Positions 51,564 to 64,000 of a stretch of DNA of 64,000 nt are shown here, in pieces; positions within the stretch are counted from its first letter, which is position 1; the number at the start of each line of letters is the position of its first letter. The stretch is from Euprymna scolopes (Eukaryota), in assembly GCA_053919585.1 (NCBI GenBank), contig CM132799.1. One strand, given 5' to 3'. Position numbers and translations under genes: made by a program. The notes below the pieces were generated by a model. It was not told the origin of the DNA. It saw only the letters and a program-made list of their open reading frames with translations, and ran no database searches.

Positions 51564-52559
51564 GTACTTGTGGATGTGTGTTCGTTTAGCTTGTTCTTGT
51601 TAGTGTGTATAACTGTGAGTGACAGTTTGTTTTTGTTCGCCTGACCCTAGCTAGTGTGCAAAAATGTGTGAATGAAAAAAAGTTTTTATGTGATTCATTG
51701 AGTTCTTTCCGCCTTCCAATTGTTAAACGGCACGGAGGTGTTACAGCGCTTAAGTTCCTGGGGTTCTGTTAAATGAGGTCCACTGATGAACCCTGGAGAA
51801 AAATAAGTTTATTTTCCTGGTGTTATAGGAATTTCTATGTCCGCATTGACATTACTTTCACAGAGACTTTTGAAGTTTGAAAGGATTTTCATGGGTTGAA
51901 AATACTTTGAATTAACACCTTTCTGTGAAACATATTTTGAAAGTGACGAACGAAGTGAATCCAAACGAATCAGAGAAAGAGAGTGTGTAAGCAATTAGAC
52001 ACATTTGATTTTTAGCGTTCGTTTGGATCGCTTTGTGATTCAGTTGCCACAAATAACGCAACTTAAAGGTTTTTTAGTTTTCTTTTTTTCAAACACTTTA
52101 CAACTTTTTGTGGAGTTGGATGTTCTCTATACTAGAAGCCGTACTGTCCACATTGGATGGTTGTTTGGTTGCTTGGTTGTTTTGTTTTACGGAATATCAA
52201 CATTTTTCGGGTTATTTAATGATGTATTTAGTAATTTTAGAAAAAAGACGCGTTATGCTTCAAGTTGTTTATATATTCAAATACGTATTTGTGATGTTTA
52301 GTTTGTTTGTTTTGTAAAAAATAAGGTAAAAATAAAAATGGGAGAAGGAGGGCTATTGTTTGTGCTTATGATTTTGTAGATCCTAATTAATTTTGCCAAA
52401 GGGAATAGAAAAACAAGAAAATATTAATGTTAGGTACATTTTATGTCAGGAAGCCAATATCTTCAGACAACCTAATCGACATTGGAAGGGTGTTAAATAT
52501 AGACTGACCGACCTACCAACTGAAAGAGTTAGACAGTCACAACTGAAACCAACTGTATC

Positions 52560-52880
52560 AAATATAAATAAGAACTACAAAAATTATAAATATAAATTAT
52601 AAAAACAATATATAAATAAATAAATCTATAAGAAAACTACCAATCAAAAATATAGATAAAACTATAAAAAAAACTATAAAAAAAAGCTATAAGAACTATG
52701 AATAAAAACTATAAAAACTTTGAATAAAGAACTACATAAACTATAAATAACCTCTATAAAACTATAAATAAAATCTATAAAACTATAAATAAAATCTATA
52801 AAACTATAAATAAAATCTATAAAACCATAAATAAAACTATAAAAGACTAGAAATAAAAGCCTATACATAAAAATAGGTAA
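52560..52880. repeat. A-rich minisatellite (AAAACTATAAATAAAATCTAT-type, ~21 bp)
   Basis: Directly visible; source of the FIDFIYS repeat ORF. Confidence 0.85.
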
Positions 52881-53685
52881 TACAAAACATCAGCCACAAA
52901 ATATTCTCAGACATTATCTGCCTGCAAGGAAAATAAATTCTTTGGTCAAGGAAAACTCGTCCAAGAATTAGCTTAAAAGCAAGAATGGTTTCCTCCGGCA
53001 TCACATCCACTTTGTCTCAAGGTTAAAGAATTCTACATATACTTTTTTCTTGGCTTTTTATTTGCATCTTGGATCACTTAAGTTTATTACATGGGTTCTT
53101 GGAAAAGTGGACAAAAAATTCTCAGAACAAAACAATTGATCCCAGCAAAGTTGAATTCCAGGCAAATTCTTTTAAATGTTTTGGTCATTTTTGCTTTTTA
53201 CGTTGACTTACTTATCACGTGAAACCTTTTTTTCTTCTTTTTATTTACTGACTCCGTTTTTTCGTTTCTTTAATATTTAAACAGCTTTTAATGTAACTAT
53301 AATTCTTAGAAAATAAAAGATTTGTTCATTGGTTTCTAGTCTGAAGTTTTACACCTTGTCCTTGCCACAATGCAGTTCCATCATATATTTTTTACTAAGA
53401 GAAGCTTTTAGCAAGTTTCCTTGCTCCATACAAACTAAAAAGAAACGACTGAAAAAGAACAACTCATCCTATCGATAAAAAGGAAAAAAATAACTCATTC
53501 TAAACATTTTTAAATGTTTTATGATTTTTATTAACGGTCATATTAAGAGTTTTTTTTTTAAATGCTTTGAGTTTTCAACATAGATGGCAATATTTTTGGT
53601 TATAACCGTTAGGCGAAATGATTTTCCAGAAAATGTCTAAAATTATTTTTATGACTAAATTTGAAGATGACTATTTAATTCTAAA

Positions 53686-54110
53686 CTAGCCTGGGTGCCC
53701 GGCGTTGCCCGGGTGTTTGGGGCTGTGGGTTGAGCAAACGAAAAGTGGTAGTAGTCAGGCAGGCTCGAACCCGTACCGCAGAGGAAGAAAAGAACGTGAA
53801 AAAAAACGTGACGTCTTTGTCATTGCATCCATCGCCAAACCGGAAAAGACGAATGTTTAAATTAAGGCTAGTCAATCGAAAGATGACTTTCGAAAATATC
53901 AGCAAAAAAAGCGACACCTACCTGTAGAAAAGTTACTAGGTGAGGGTGAAGAAATTATTGTTTTTAACCAATTTTTCGATATTTGTCGTCCGAAGGGGTG
54001 AGCTTCAAAATGATATCGATCTCGTGATAAGCTGTCGCCTCTGTCGAAATTTTCAGGCAGACATACATACATACATACATTTAAAAGACAGGTGAGATTT
54101 ATATCATAAA
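53686..54110 (-). mobile_element. Non-autonomous Helitron-like element
   Basis: - strand 3' end CCCGGGCAACGCCGGG hairpin then CACCCAGGCTAG|T; (ATGT)n near the 5' end. Confidence 0.75.
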
Positions 54111-54139
54111 TTATTTGGATTATTCGAACTACTGTTCTC

Positions 54140-54320
54140 ATCTGAGTGCTAGTCAGCTGATGTTTCCTCCGGCCTTCCTCCGACGTATCTTTTCGAAGTC
54201 AGGATTTATGTGTATTATTTGAATCATTAAGAGTACCATCCTCATCTTCAGTGCTATTTTTACAACGTTTTAGCTGATGTAACTTGCGACCTTCCTTGGG
54301 AGTATCTTCTCGACCTCGGG
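54140..54320 (-). mobile_element. Two tandem degenerate Penelope pseudo-LTR/hammerhead remnants
   Basis: - strand GAGGAAGGCCGGAGGAAACATCAGCTGA and AAGGAAGGTCGCAAGTTACATCAGCTAAAACGTTGT. Confidence 0.5.
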
Positions 54321-54399
54321 AATATTTATTTTCAGTAACTTGTACCAAATTTCAAATGGAATCCTTGTGGACCCGTGGCATAACAGGTATTAAGTACTA

Positions 54400-55500
54400 G
54401 ATAAAAATACTGGGATCTGTATAGTACATCAAACGGCAGCATTTCTTTAACCTACAGGATAGCTTGTTCTTGTTCATTCAATCAACTACTTTCACAGTGC
54501 TACTCTTACGGCATACCACTCATGAGTTTAGAATTGATAAAATTAGTGGTGCACCCAGTATCGACAAGTGAAGTCATTACCATATTGTTCACCACAACGT
54601 CTATTATCAGTACTGAGCCTTTATTTTGTTGCCGGCGAAGTTAGTGATGCAGAGCTCCCCCTTTCCGTTGTCCAGACTCTGAGAACAATAATTTTCAATG
54701 GGGCCAAACCTATCAGAATTGTAGCACTTTGCTCTAGGTACTCCTTACAATCTTTTATAAAATGCGGTCCTCGACATCTTAAACACTGGATGCTTGTTGA
54801 TTCCTTATTTCTCTGTGTATTGCTTTATGCTCACGCTGTGAAGGTTGCAATCTCTCAAATTCTTTCGTTGACTAAAAGCCGTGCAGTTGGTATAGGTTTG
54901 ATATCGTCCATTCTCTCTATGTGAGGTAACTGCTGTAGTACTACAAATAAATCGTTTGGAAATCCAGTAATGAAAACAGGTTTTGCTGTATGTAGGTACT
55001 CTGCTAGTCCAGCTAATCTTTTGGTTGTCTTAGGGTAAACATAAACCGATTCCTCTGCGTTTTAATCGTTTTAGCTTTGCATATGATTAAGAAGGGGATG
55101 CTGTTACTAATCTTATTGCCATCACTTCCGCATCTAATTGGTTTAATTTGCCTACCCCAGGGTAGAAAGTCAGCGCATTTACATGGAGAAAGAGGGGGAA
55201 TACAAATCGCAAGATATTGCACTTTTCGGAGCTTAGCTACCAATTTATCTTCTGGATCCAAGCGGCTATATAACATTTTCCACTAAAACGAGGCATCACA
55301 CCCCTTCCAATCTCAGTATTCCTGATTCCATGATCTTCTCCAGCCAAAATAGCTTGTTGTTAAAACAATCAATTGTTAACTATTTTACAGTTGTCCTGAT
55401 AGATTGCTAACTATGCTTTGCTTTCAAGTAACAATTTCCAGGGTTAAATTGGATACACTGCTGTCAGAATTTCATCACCCAATATTCAACACTGTTTCCG
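54400..55500 (-). mobile_element. Ty3/Gypsy gag-protease remnant
   Basis: EESVYVY..KRLAGLA..VFITGFPNDL..LQQLPHIERM; zinc knuckle CLRCRGPHFIKDC; protease IDVVVNNMVMTSLVDTGCT. Confidence 0.85.
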
Positions 55501-55830
55501 AAAACTCGTGTCTCAAAAACTCGATGCACTGGTGACAAAACTTGCTAGTAGTCAACTCCAAAATCTCTATCCTCCTATCTCTGAAAAATCATTTTTTTTT
55601 TTATTTCAAACCAGAAACATATTATTTGCATATTAGGTGAAATATCGCAAGCATCTAAAAAGAAAATTCAGACAGTTTTTTTTTTATTATTATTCCGTTC
55701 TTTTTGACTGCACGGTACTCTATAGGCTACACAAAAACAGGTGTGTACCAATTTTAATGCATTTAATAACACAAGTGTAACTTATCATGCCTTTGGTAGC
55801 ATTTTAGACTATAAGGTATTAATATATTTG

Positions 55831-55864
55831 CTATTATTATTATTATCATTATTGTTATTATTAC

Positions 55865-55918
<54 letters not shown>
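55831..55918. repeat. (ATT)n microsatellite
   Basis: Directly visible; another tract lies at ~27210-27255. Confidence 0.95.
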
Positions 55919-56519
55919 CTGTATCTTGCTTTTCTGTTTACAGTAACGTAAATAAATCTTGCAACCGACCAAATCCTTATAATTGGGAGAAAATATTTGA
56001 ACATTTCTTTACACAGGAAATTTGGAGAATAGTTAACAGAGAATCTATCTAATGTTAAGAATGGTTTTCTTAATGAAAGCGTTATTAAGTGGAAAGTGAT
56101 TCGTTACGTGAGACGGGCTTTGTTAACTATTTTGTCCCTACTCTGCATTCCGATTTCCCGTATTAATCGTCGAATTTCAATCGTTTATGAAAATATCAAA
56201 TTGCATTAACGAGGAACAAAAGCACAAATGAAGTTGGTTTGAAAAGATAAACACATCTTGTCTAACTATTTTCAATCAAAGCATTAAAGAAAAATATTTT
56301 AATATACGCCTCCTAAATGTACTTTTAGTTTTTGCCAAATATTAGACATTACACGGAGGTTTGCAACTATTCAAACAATTTTTACATGCATCTAATCTCT
56401 AATTGAATGTTTATTTTTTTTTTAATCGAAATCAAAATCGTTACTTGTATCGGAAATTTAGAAAATAATCGGTAATTGTATCGGAATCGGAAAAACATAT
56501 ATTTATCTGTGTATTCATA

Positions 56520-58510
56520 GAAATAAATGTTAATATGAATAAAAATTCATGTTTATTTTTACAAATTATTCTAGAATAAATTATAATCGTTATCTGTTTC
56601 TTGGAATAATAGTTAATATTTATTTAAATAAATAAAATTATGCTTATTGATATCGATAAAGATTTTGTTTTTTAAATGAATAAAAGATATGTTTTTCTAT
56701 ATTAATAATATTATGTTTATTTATTTATTTTATTTTTATTTAAAAAATTATTGTTTTTGTATATGAATAAAATTAATGTGTTCGTATATGAATAACATTA
56801 ATGTTTATTTACATGAATAAAAAGTATGTTTATTCATATGAAAAAAATGAATTGCATTCATATGAACAAAAATTAATGTTTATCTATATGAATAAACACT
56901 AATGTCTATCGATGTGAATAAAAGTTTTTTTATTGACATAGAAATAAAATTATGTTTATTTATATGAATTAAAATTATGTTATTTATATAAATTAAAACA
57001 TATTTTTATTCATATGAATAAAAATTAATGTTTATTCATATAAATGAAATTATATTTATTTTTATGAATAAACTTTTGTCTATTAATATGAATAAAAATT
57101 TATGTTTAACATATCAATACAATTAATGTTCATTTACATGAATAATAAAATATTTTTATTTATATGAATAATGTTTTGTATGAATAAAATGAATATTTAT
57201 AATATGATTACAAAATATGGTTATCTATATAAAATTGTTTATTTATATCAATAAATATTATGTCATTTATCTAAATAAAAATGAATGTTTTTATATGAGT
57301 ATACATTATGTTTATTCATATAAATGTAAATGATATTTATTTATATTAATAAAAATTGTGTTTATTTATATAAATATAAATTTTGTTTATTTATATGAAT
57401 AACAATTATATTTTCGTGAATAAATTATGATATTTATTTATATGAATTAATGTAAATGCTTATTTATATGACAATAGTTATTGTTTATTATATAAATAAT
57501 AGTTAATATTTATTTACATGAATAAAATTTAATGTTTATATATAGTAATAAATGTTAATCCATATTTATATGAATAAACGTGAATCTTTAATAAATAAAT
57601 GTTTAAATAAACGTTAATATTTAATAAATAAATGTTTATATTTATTTACCTGAATATATTTTAATGTTTATTCATATGAATAAATGTTAATGTTTATTAA
57701 CCTGAATACATTTTAATGTTTATTCATATGAATAAATGTTAATGTTTATTTACCGGAATATATTTTAATGTATATTTATATTAATAAATGTTAATCTTTT
57801 TCTATATGAATAAATGTTTATATTTATTTATATGAATAAATTTTAATGTTTAATCATAAAGATGAATGTTAATATTTACTTAGAATCAGTGTTAATGTTT
57901 ATTTATTTGAATAAATGTTAATGTTTTCACATGAATAAATATTAATGTTTATTTGCATGAATGAATATTCGTTTCGTTTTTTGAATAAGTGTTAATGTTT
58001 AATTATCTAATAAAACTGTTCATAATAATTTATATGAATAAATGTTTCTGTATTTAATATGAATAAATGTTAATGTTTATTAATATAAATAAATGAGTAT
58101 GTTTATGTGTTTATTTAAAAATATTCATATCCCTTTATATGCATAAATGTTTAAATTTATCTGTTTATTACAACAAATCTATATGCTTATTTATACGAAA
58201 AAATATTACGATTTTTACATGAATAAATTATAATGCTTTCTGCTTATTTCTAAAAATGTTTAATTATATGAATAATATTTGTCTGTTTATTTCAAATGTT
58301 TGTAATGCTTATATTTATTAAAAAATGTGCATATTTATTTGTATGAATGAATGATAATGTTTAATTGTTTATTTCAAAAATTGTTGATGTTTATCGGTTA
58401 TGTTTATCTTTTTATATGAATAATATTACTATTCACATATACGATAGATTGTTTAATGTAATCTGTTTCTATGAACTAATGTTAATATTTATTTGTTTAT
58501 TTAAATAAAT
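56520..58510. repeat. Very AT-rich degenerate minisatellite, ~26-28 bp unit (TATATGAATAAATGTTAATGTTTATT)
   Basis: Periodic ATATGAATAAA motif over ~2 kb. Confidence 0.9.
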
Positions 58511-59467
58511 GGGTTCAGAGATAAATTATTTGGGTATGTAAAATGAGAGATACTCAAATAGATCTTACTTTTCTAAGTTTATTTCAGATTTTAAATATTT
58601 TAGAACATTTTCGGTTCAAAAAAAATATAGAATGGCTACCTTGTTCAGTTAGAACAAAAGAATTGCAATCACACTTATTGCATGAGAACTCTTGATAATC
58701 GCATAAAAATCGAAAGTTAAGCAGTATATTGGTAGAACATTACATTTTCGCATGATTAATGACATTTATTCAATGTGTTTTTTCATTTCTTCGTGCAATG
58801 CTGATGCTTACCTTTTTTTTTCGTTCCAACTGAGTATAGTTGACGCAAAACGTTTTAATATATGTTAAAACACAAATAAACTTATTCAGGTAAGTAGAAG
58901 AGTAAAATATTTTGCATTTGGTAACATTATATCGACATGTTTGTTTCATGATTCCCTTTTTATTCTGCTGTCAAAGCTAATTTAGACCGGAAATGAAGTA
59001 AAGCTGTTTTAATATTCTCCTCCTTTTTCTTATTGGCCAGTACTTTTAAGGAATGCATAATGGCGATACACTGAAATATTAAGAGATTACGACTACTTGT
59101 CTTTATTTATGATCCCATCACCTTAAGAGGACCCAAGTGCACGTTTAGCAAATCTGATTGTCATCATACATCAGTTAAATCCTTCCGGTATTCAGATGAT
59201 AAGGCGTGTATTAAAAGGGAAACTCGGGGGCTTTTTAAAAGAGGGGATAAGAAAGAAGTGGCGGTTTGTAATTGTCTAATTCTCCATAATTTATATAATA
59301 ATACGCTGAAGCATTTGATAATCATGCATATGTTATCACCTTTCAAAAATTTTTAAATATGAGACCGTTCGAACAGCAAAGCTGATGATTTATGATTGAT
59401 CTGAGGTCACTAAGGCAACATCTTCCAACATTACTCATTTTTAAAGGAATTATTCCAAAATAAATTA

Positions 59468-60192
59468 TGTTGTGCCATCAACTAACATAATACTCTTTGC
59501 TGTAGTGTATTACACTACGGATAATAATGAACGTTTCCACTAATTATAAAGACTACAGAAGATGTCTCTCGGCATTAGCACACAATTTGTGAACAAGTTA
59601 TGCGTACTTTGCACTAGAACAGCTGTATACCCACGCACTTTATTTGTTGTATTAACTGTTTAGTTCAATATATTTTGTTTTTACTAATTTCGGAGTTGTG
59701 ACATTTTTGACATTTACAGGGCCAAAACATTATCAACGAGGAAAATTAATGATCTCGAACTTTTATCAAAGTGGCAAAGCTTCGAAGTCATTAATTTTCC
59801 TCGTTGCTCGTCTTATAGTCATGTAGGCGTCAAAATAGACAACCCTGGCGAGAAAGATAATTATGGAAATTGGAGCTTTGTCACCAATAACACTGGCGAC
59901 GAGGAATATGAAGGAACGTGAACTTATGCTACCTATAGCACTGGCGAATAAGAATATGCAAGGAACTTTTGCTTCAGGAGTTGTAAAAGGAACTCCACAA
60001 ACAACAAGAATTTAAAACCATTCATTCGAGAAATTTGCCACCAATAACACTGGCGAGGAGGAATGTTTAGGAACGTGAACTTATGTTACCTAGAGAGCCG
60101 GCGACTGAGAATACGTAAGGAACTTTTATTCGGAAATTGTAAAAGGAACTCCACAACATAAGCAACAAGGATTTAAAACCATTCATTCGAGT
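59468..60192 (+). mobile_element. Putative Gypsy 5' LTR (59468-~59843) followed by a tandemly amplified PBS-containing leader
   Basis: TGTTGT...GACAAC, then TGGCGA-type motifs at 59846, 59894, 59942, 60051 and 60099; a 157-bp duplication (~59882-60030 versus ~60039-60191). Confidence 0.65.
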
Positions 60193-61555
60193 GAACATAC
60201 GCAGGGAATCAACAGCAATATTTTCTAATAATTTCAGGTTTTATTGACACACTTGATAAAAAGATATGTAAGTTGGATTTTTTCTTGGCTTAACTAAATT
60301 TCTTCCCTTGTTTCTCAAAGAAGAAATCAGTGCTGTCATTTTATTTCCGTACTAACGTTTAGCAGGAAAGTAATAGATGTTTCCTCCTTTAAAAAGGAGT
60401 ATCACCGTTTAAATTATAAAAAAATTATTGCTGACTAAAGTCTGACCATGAAAACTTTTATGCGAAATGCATACAATAAAAGTGATGTTTTTCTTGATGA
60501 AGAAAAATGAAAAAGTTTTCTACTTTGCTTGCTTTCTTAAATTAGCCGAGTAAGATTGAATTGTATAGAGTCGTGATTATAAAGACACATTTTAAACACG
60601 GAAGACTTCAGGTCTAGTATGTTCTAATTAGTTAAATGATGGAACGATAACATTGTCGCCCGAGAAAAGACATGATTCCATTTCCGTTTGATGAATACCG
60701 TTTTTTCTTTTTCTGGTGCAGACCATCTACTAGTTAGCCAGTTGTGTACAATTCCCAAAAGAGCGACAGGCGCATCCTATCATGTCCGAAAGTGACACAA
60801 TGTTCAACGAGCAACATTGGAGAGGCACCGGGCTACAACTTATACTCTCTCCTGATCCAAGTTATTACAACATGACCATTGTCAGCATCATTAAAATACA
60901 TCGCTATTTTCTCGTTATGGAATTTTAAATTGGTTTCGGGATTGGCCACATTGTTTAAAACCTGTCTAACTTGTAATAAAGTTGGACATAATTGTTCATA
61001 TAGGATATAAAACTCGAGTTAAATCTACGTCAAAATAAGATATGCAAACAATTTTTTTTAATCTATAATTCTGTCCCTTACAACAACATACGTTGTGTTC
61101 AGTTTCAGATGATTATTTTCAGCATATTTGTACCCCCTCAAAACAAGGGGGTTGTAAGCAAAAATACATATATAAATATCGTTTATGAAAAATAAGTACA
61201 CTGTTATAAAGTTCATTCTTCTCTTAATAATCGCTGAAAATTTCGTATTGATCGGATAATTACCTGATTTTTGGTAGATTTTTAAAAAGACGGTCCCTCA
61301 AAAAGTACTTACCCCAGTTTTGGCGGTGCCTATAATAGTTCATATTGCAGAATGAATATAGGATATAAAACTCGAGTTAAATCTACGCGAACATACAAAC
61401 AGGAGTGTGCAAATATAAAACAGCACATACAAGTAACAAAAAGCCTTGAAATTAAAATATCAAATTAAAATTAGACGCTTATTTTGATTTATCCATAATC
61501 AATTTACACACATAGAAAAGCCAACCATGCTACGCCAATCATTCTAGAAATCAAC

Positions 61556-62445
61556 ATCTAGAAGAACGACTAATACATTCAACTTATAATCATGGCGTTG
61601 CATGTTTGTAATAGAAAACTTTTTTGTTTCAATCGCTGAAATGGATCTCTCGTTTTCTTGTCTATATTATATTTCCGTTGAGTTGTGATAGATCCGTCGA
61701 AAATAGCACGTTCGTTTAGTCTGTTACGGTTAAATTTGAAATAATATATTACTGTTGGTCTGTGACAGTGAGTTGTAACATAGCCATTGGTTGTTTTGCA
61801 TAATTGTCTTAAATGGTATCACCGTTGGTCTGTGACAGTTACGTCTAATAAAAAGCACTTTCTTTTTGTCTTTTACGCTTAAGTTTCAAATAGTAATACC
61901 GTTGGTCCGTAACACTCACGTTTGAAACTGCACTTTCGTTGGTCGGTTACAACTAAGTTTAGAATAGTATTTCCATTCGTCTGTGACAATTTAGTGAAAA
62001 AATAGCACTTTTGTGGATTTTTTCGGCTTACGTTTTCAATAGTAATCCCATTAATTTGTTACTGATAAGTAACAGATAGCAGTCTTGTTGATTTGCTAGA
62101 ATTATGTTAAGAACAGAAATACTGTTGGTTTGTCACAGTATAGTAGTAAATAGTTCTTTCAATGGTTTGTTACGCTTAAGTTTGAAATTGTACTTTCCTT
62201 GGTGTGTCACAATTAAGTTTCAAATAATAATCCGTTGGTCTTTCACATTTAAATTCGGATATAATTTCCACCACCTGACATTCAAGAGGAATGGTTGCAT
62301 CTTACGCATATCAGGTTTTGTTTATCTAGAAGAATGGCTAATACATTCGACTTATAATCATGGCGTTGCATGTTTGTAGCATAAACCTTTTTTGTTTCAA
62401 TCGCTGATATGGATCTCTCGTTTTCTTGTCTATATTGTATTTACC
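61556..62445. repeat. ~120-bp direct repeats (61556-61676, 62324-62445) flanking a degenerate ~37-bp tandem array
   Basis: ATCTAGAAGAA..TAATACATTC.ACTTATAATCATGGCGTTGCATGTTTGTA occurs twice; the internal unit is AAATAG.A.T..CGTTGGTCTGT.AC..TTAAGTTT. Confidence 0.8.
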
Positions 62446-63242
62446 ATCAGCCTGAAGACAATCAAACATTGTCATGTTTCTGAATGTTGTAATAAAAATA
62501 ACAACAGACAAATGGAACAAGATGAGAGGTAATCGATTGGCGGCGAAACACATTCAATTGAGATTGTTTTTTTTTGTTTGTCTTTGATTGGTTGAAAGAA
62601 GAATCGTTAGGTTAGCATTTCGTTGTGCTGTATTATATTTCTAATGTTTTGCGTTCATGATTTAAATTAATTTCTTTTAATCTATACAGGTGATATGTGT
62701 AAGAAGGGAAAACATGGAATCTAATAGATAAATATAAAATGACGTATGTGTATATCTTTATGTGTATAAAATTGGGTATATATATATGTATATATGTGTG
62801 TGTGTCATAAGTTTATTTGTATATTCACTTATTGTTGCGAAACAACAACTATAAAGATGAAGACAAAATAAATATAAAAATAAATATACTTATCTCCAAG
62901 CATTCCAATAATTAAAAAATATCATAAGATATCAATCAAAAACACGGCCATGTAGTTAATTCAAACTGATAAGTTGATTTTATTATGTACGTCTTACACT
63001 TGTTTCGTTGAATAGCGGAAGACTGCAAAACAACTTTTCAGAGACGGGTGTGTGTTTCACAATAAGTTGTTGCAAAGTTTTTTCGTATGAAATAAAAAAT
63101 TATTTGGTGAAGAAAAATATAAAAGAAAATAGATATATACAATTAAAATGAAAAAATTTATTATTGTATTTACAGGCATCTATCCAAAAACGAATAAATC
63201 AAGAAAATTATGTAAATAATATATAATTCGATTTAAGTTTAG

Positions 63243-63640
63243 TAACCCAACTCAACGCAGATTAAAAAAATAAATAAACAAACATTTATTGGTTTATGAA
63301 TCGACGTAATCACGTAAATGGTTGTTTTTGTTTTTTGTTTTTTTTAATCTGCATTGAATTGCCTTAATAAAATTACATTTTAAATTTGCACTTACACAAC
63401 GCTTTTATCACGGAGAAAACATATCTTCATATAACTTTCCGCGATCGACCACACGGATCACCCCATCTAGAGATTTGGAAATGACCTTTGATAACACCTA
63501 ACGGATCTTGTTTCTCTTGGTGGCAGCATGCTACAAGGGATAAATAAGATGAAAAAAAACGTCTATCCTGATGAGGACGTGATTACGTCGAAGAGTTCTT
63601 TGATTTATAAACAAATAAATGCCTGTTTATTGTTTTTAAN
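63243..63640. repeat. Small inverted repeats (hairpin 63243-63366; 63574-63639 mirrors 63262-63315)
   Basis: CAACTCAACGCAGATTAAAAAAA / TTTTTTTAATCTGCATTGAATTG and TCGACGTAATCACGT / ACGTGATTACGTCGA. Confidence 0.6.
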
Positions 63641-64000
63641 NNNNNNNNNNNNNNNNNNNNNNNNNNNNNNNNNNNNNNNNNNNNNNNNNNNNNNNNNNNN
63701 NNNNNNNNNNNNNNNNNNNNNNNNNNNNNNNNNNNNNNNNNNNNNNNNNNNNNNNNNNNNNNNNNNNNNNNNNNNNNTTCCCCTCTGATGATGATGGCCA
63801 CCTCTGTCACATAAGACAATGGCTTTGTGGATCTGATGCACTGCGGGTGATAAGGAGATCTAGGTAAGCCCACTTACTTGGCTTTGCTTTTCATTGCCTG
63901 CGATTGAATAATGATCAACTAATGTTTCACACTCCTATATTTTCAATCGATGAAATCGCCCATTTTTCAATCAAATTGATTGATTGCCTGCTCTCGGTTT

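Noticed and set aside
59164-59346. GPCR TM7-like exon (SLLIHALSSEYRKDL)
   Set aside because: No NPxxY motif, no clear splice sites or other exons; the similarity is too weak.

Overview
AT-rich, repeat-dominated window from a draft invertebrate (eukaryotic) genome assembly with eight N-gaps; the species cannot be determined from the sequence alone. I found no intact host protein-coding gene. The left third is a satellite/TE block. A 34-bp satellite (CATATGAACATTTGTGCATATGCAGTATGGGTAA) forms arrays of alternating orientation: 3177-4855 (+), 12453-16500 (-) and 16501-22090 (+). These arrays enclose a Tc1 fragment, a decayed near full-length BEL/Pao LTR retrotransposon (5300-12452) and nested LTR pieces. 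The rest is a patchwork of CR1/Jockey-type LINE fragments, 5S-rRNA-derived and tRNA-derived SINEs, Ty3/Gypsy remnants, mariner/Tc1 relics, palindromic MITEs, non-autonomous Helitrons, Penelope-type pseudo-LTRs with hammerhead-ribozyme cores, and micro/minisatellites. Four structures stand out: (1) the inverted satellite architecture around the BEL element; (2) an LTR followed by a 48-bp-periodic array of tRNA-Ser primer-binding sites, with an LTR hairpin complementary to them (59468-60192); (3) a hammerhead core framed by a 46-bp inverted repeat (42581-42706); (4) a 5S-SINE with an inverted 5' half (40212-40500). All family calls come from motif recognition by eye, not from database searches, and most boundaries are approximate.
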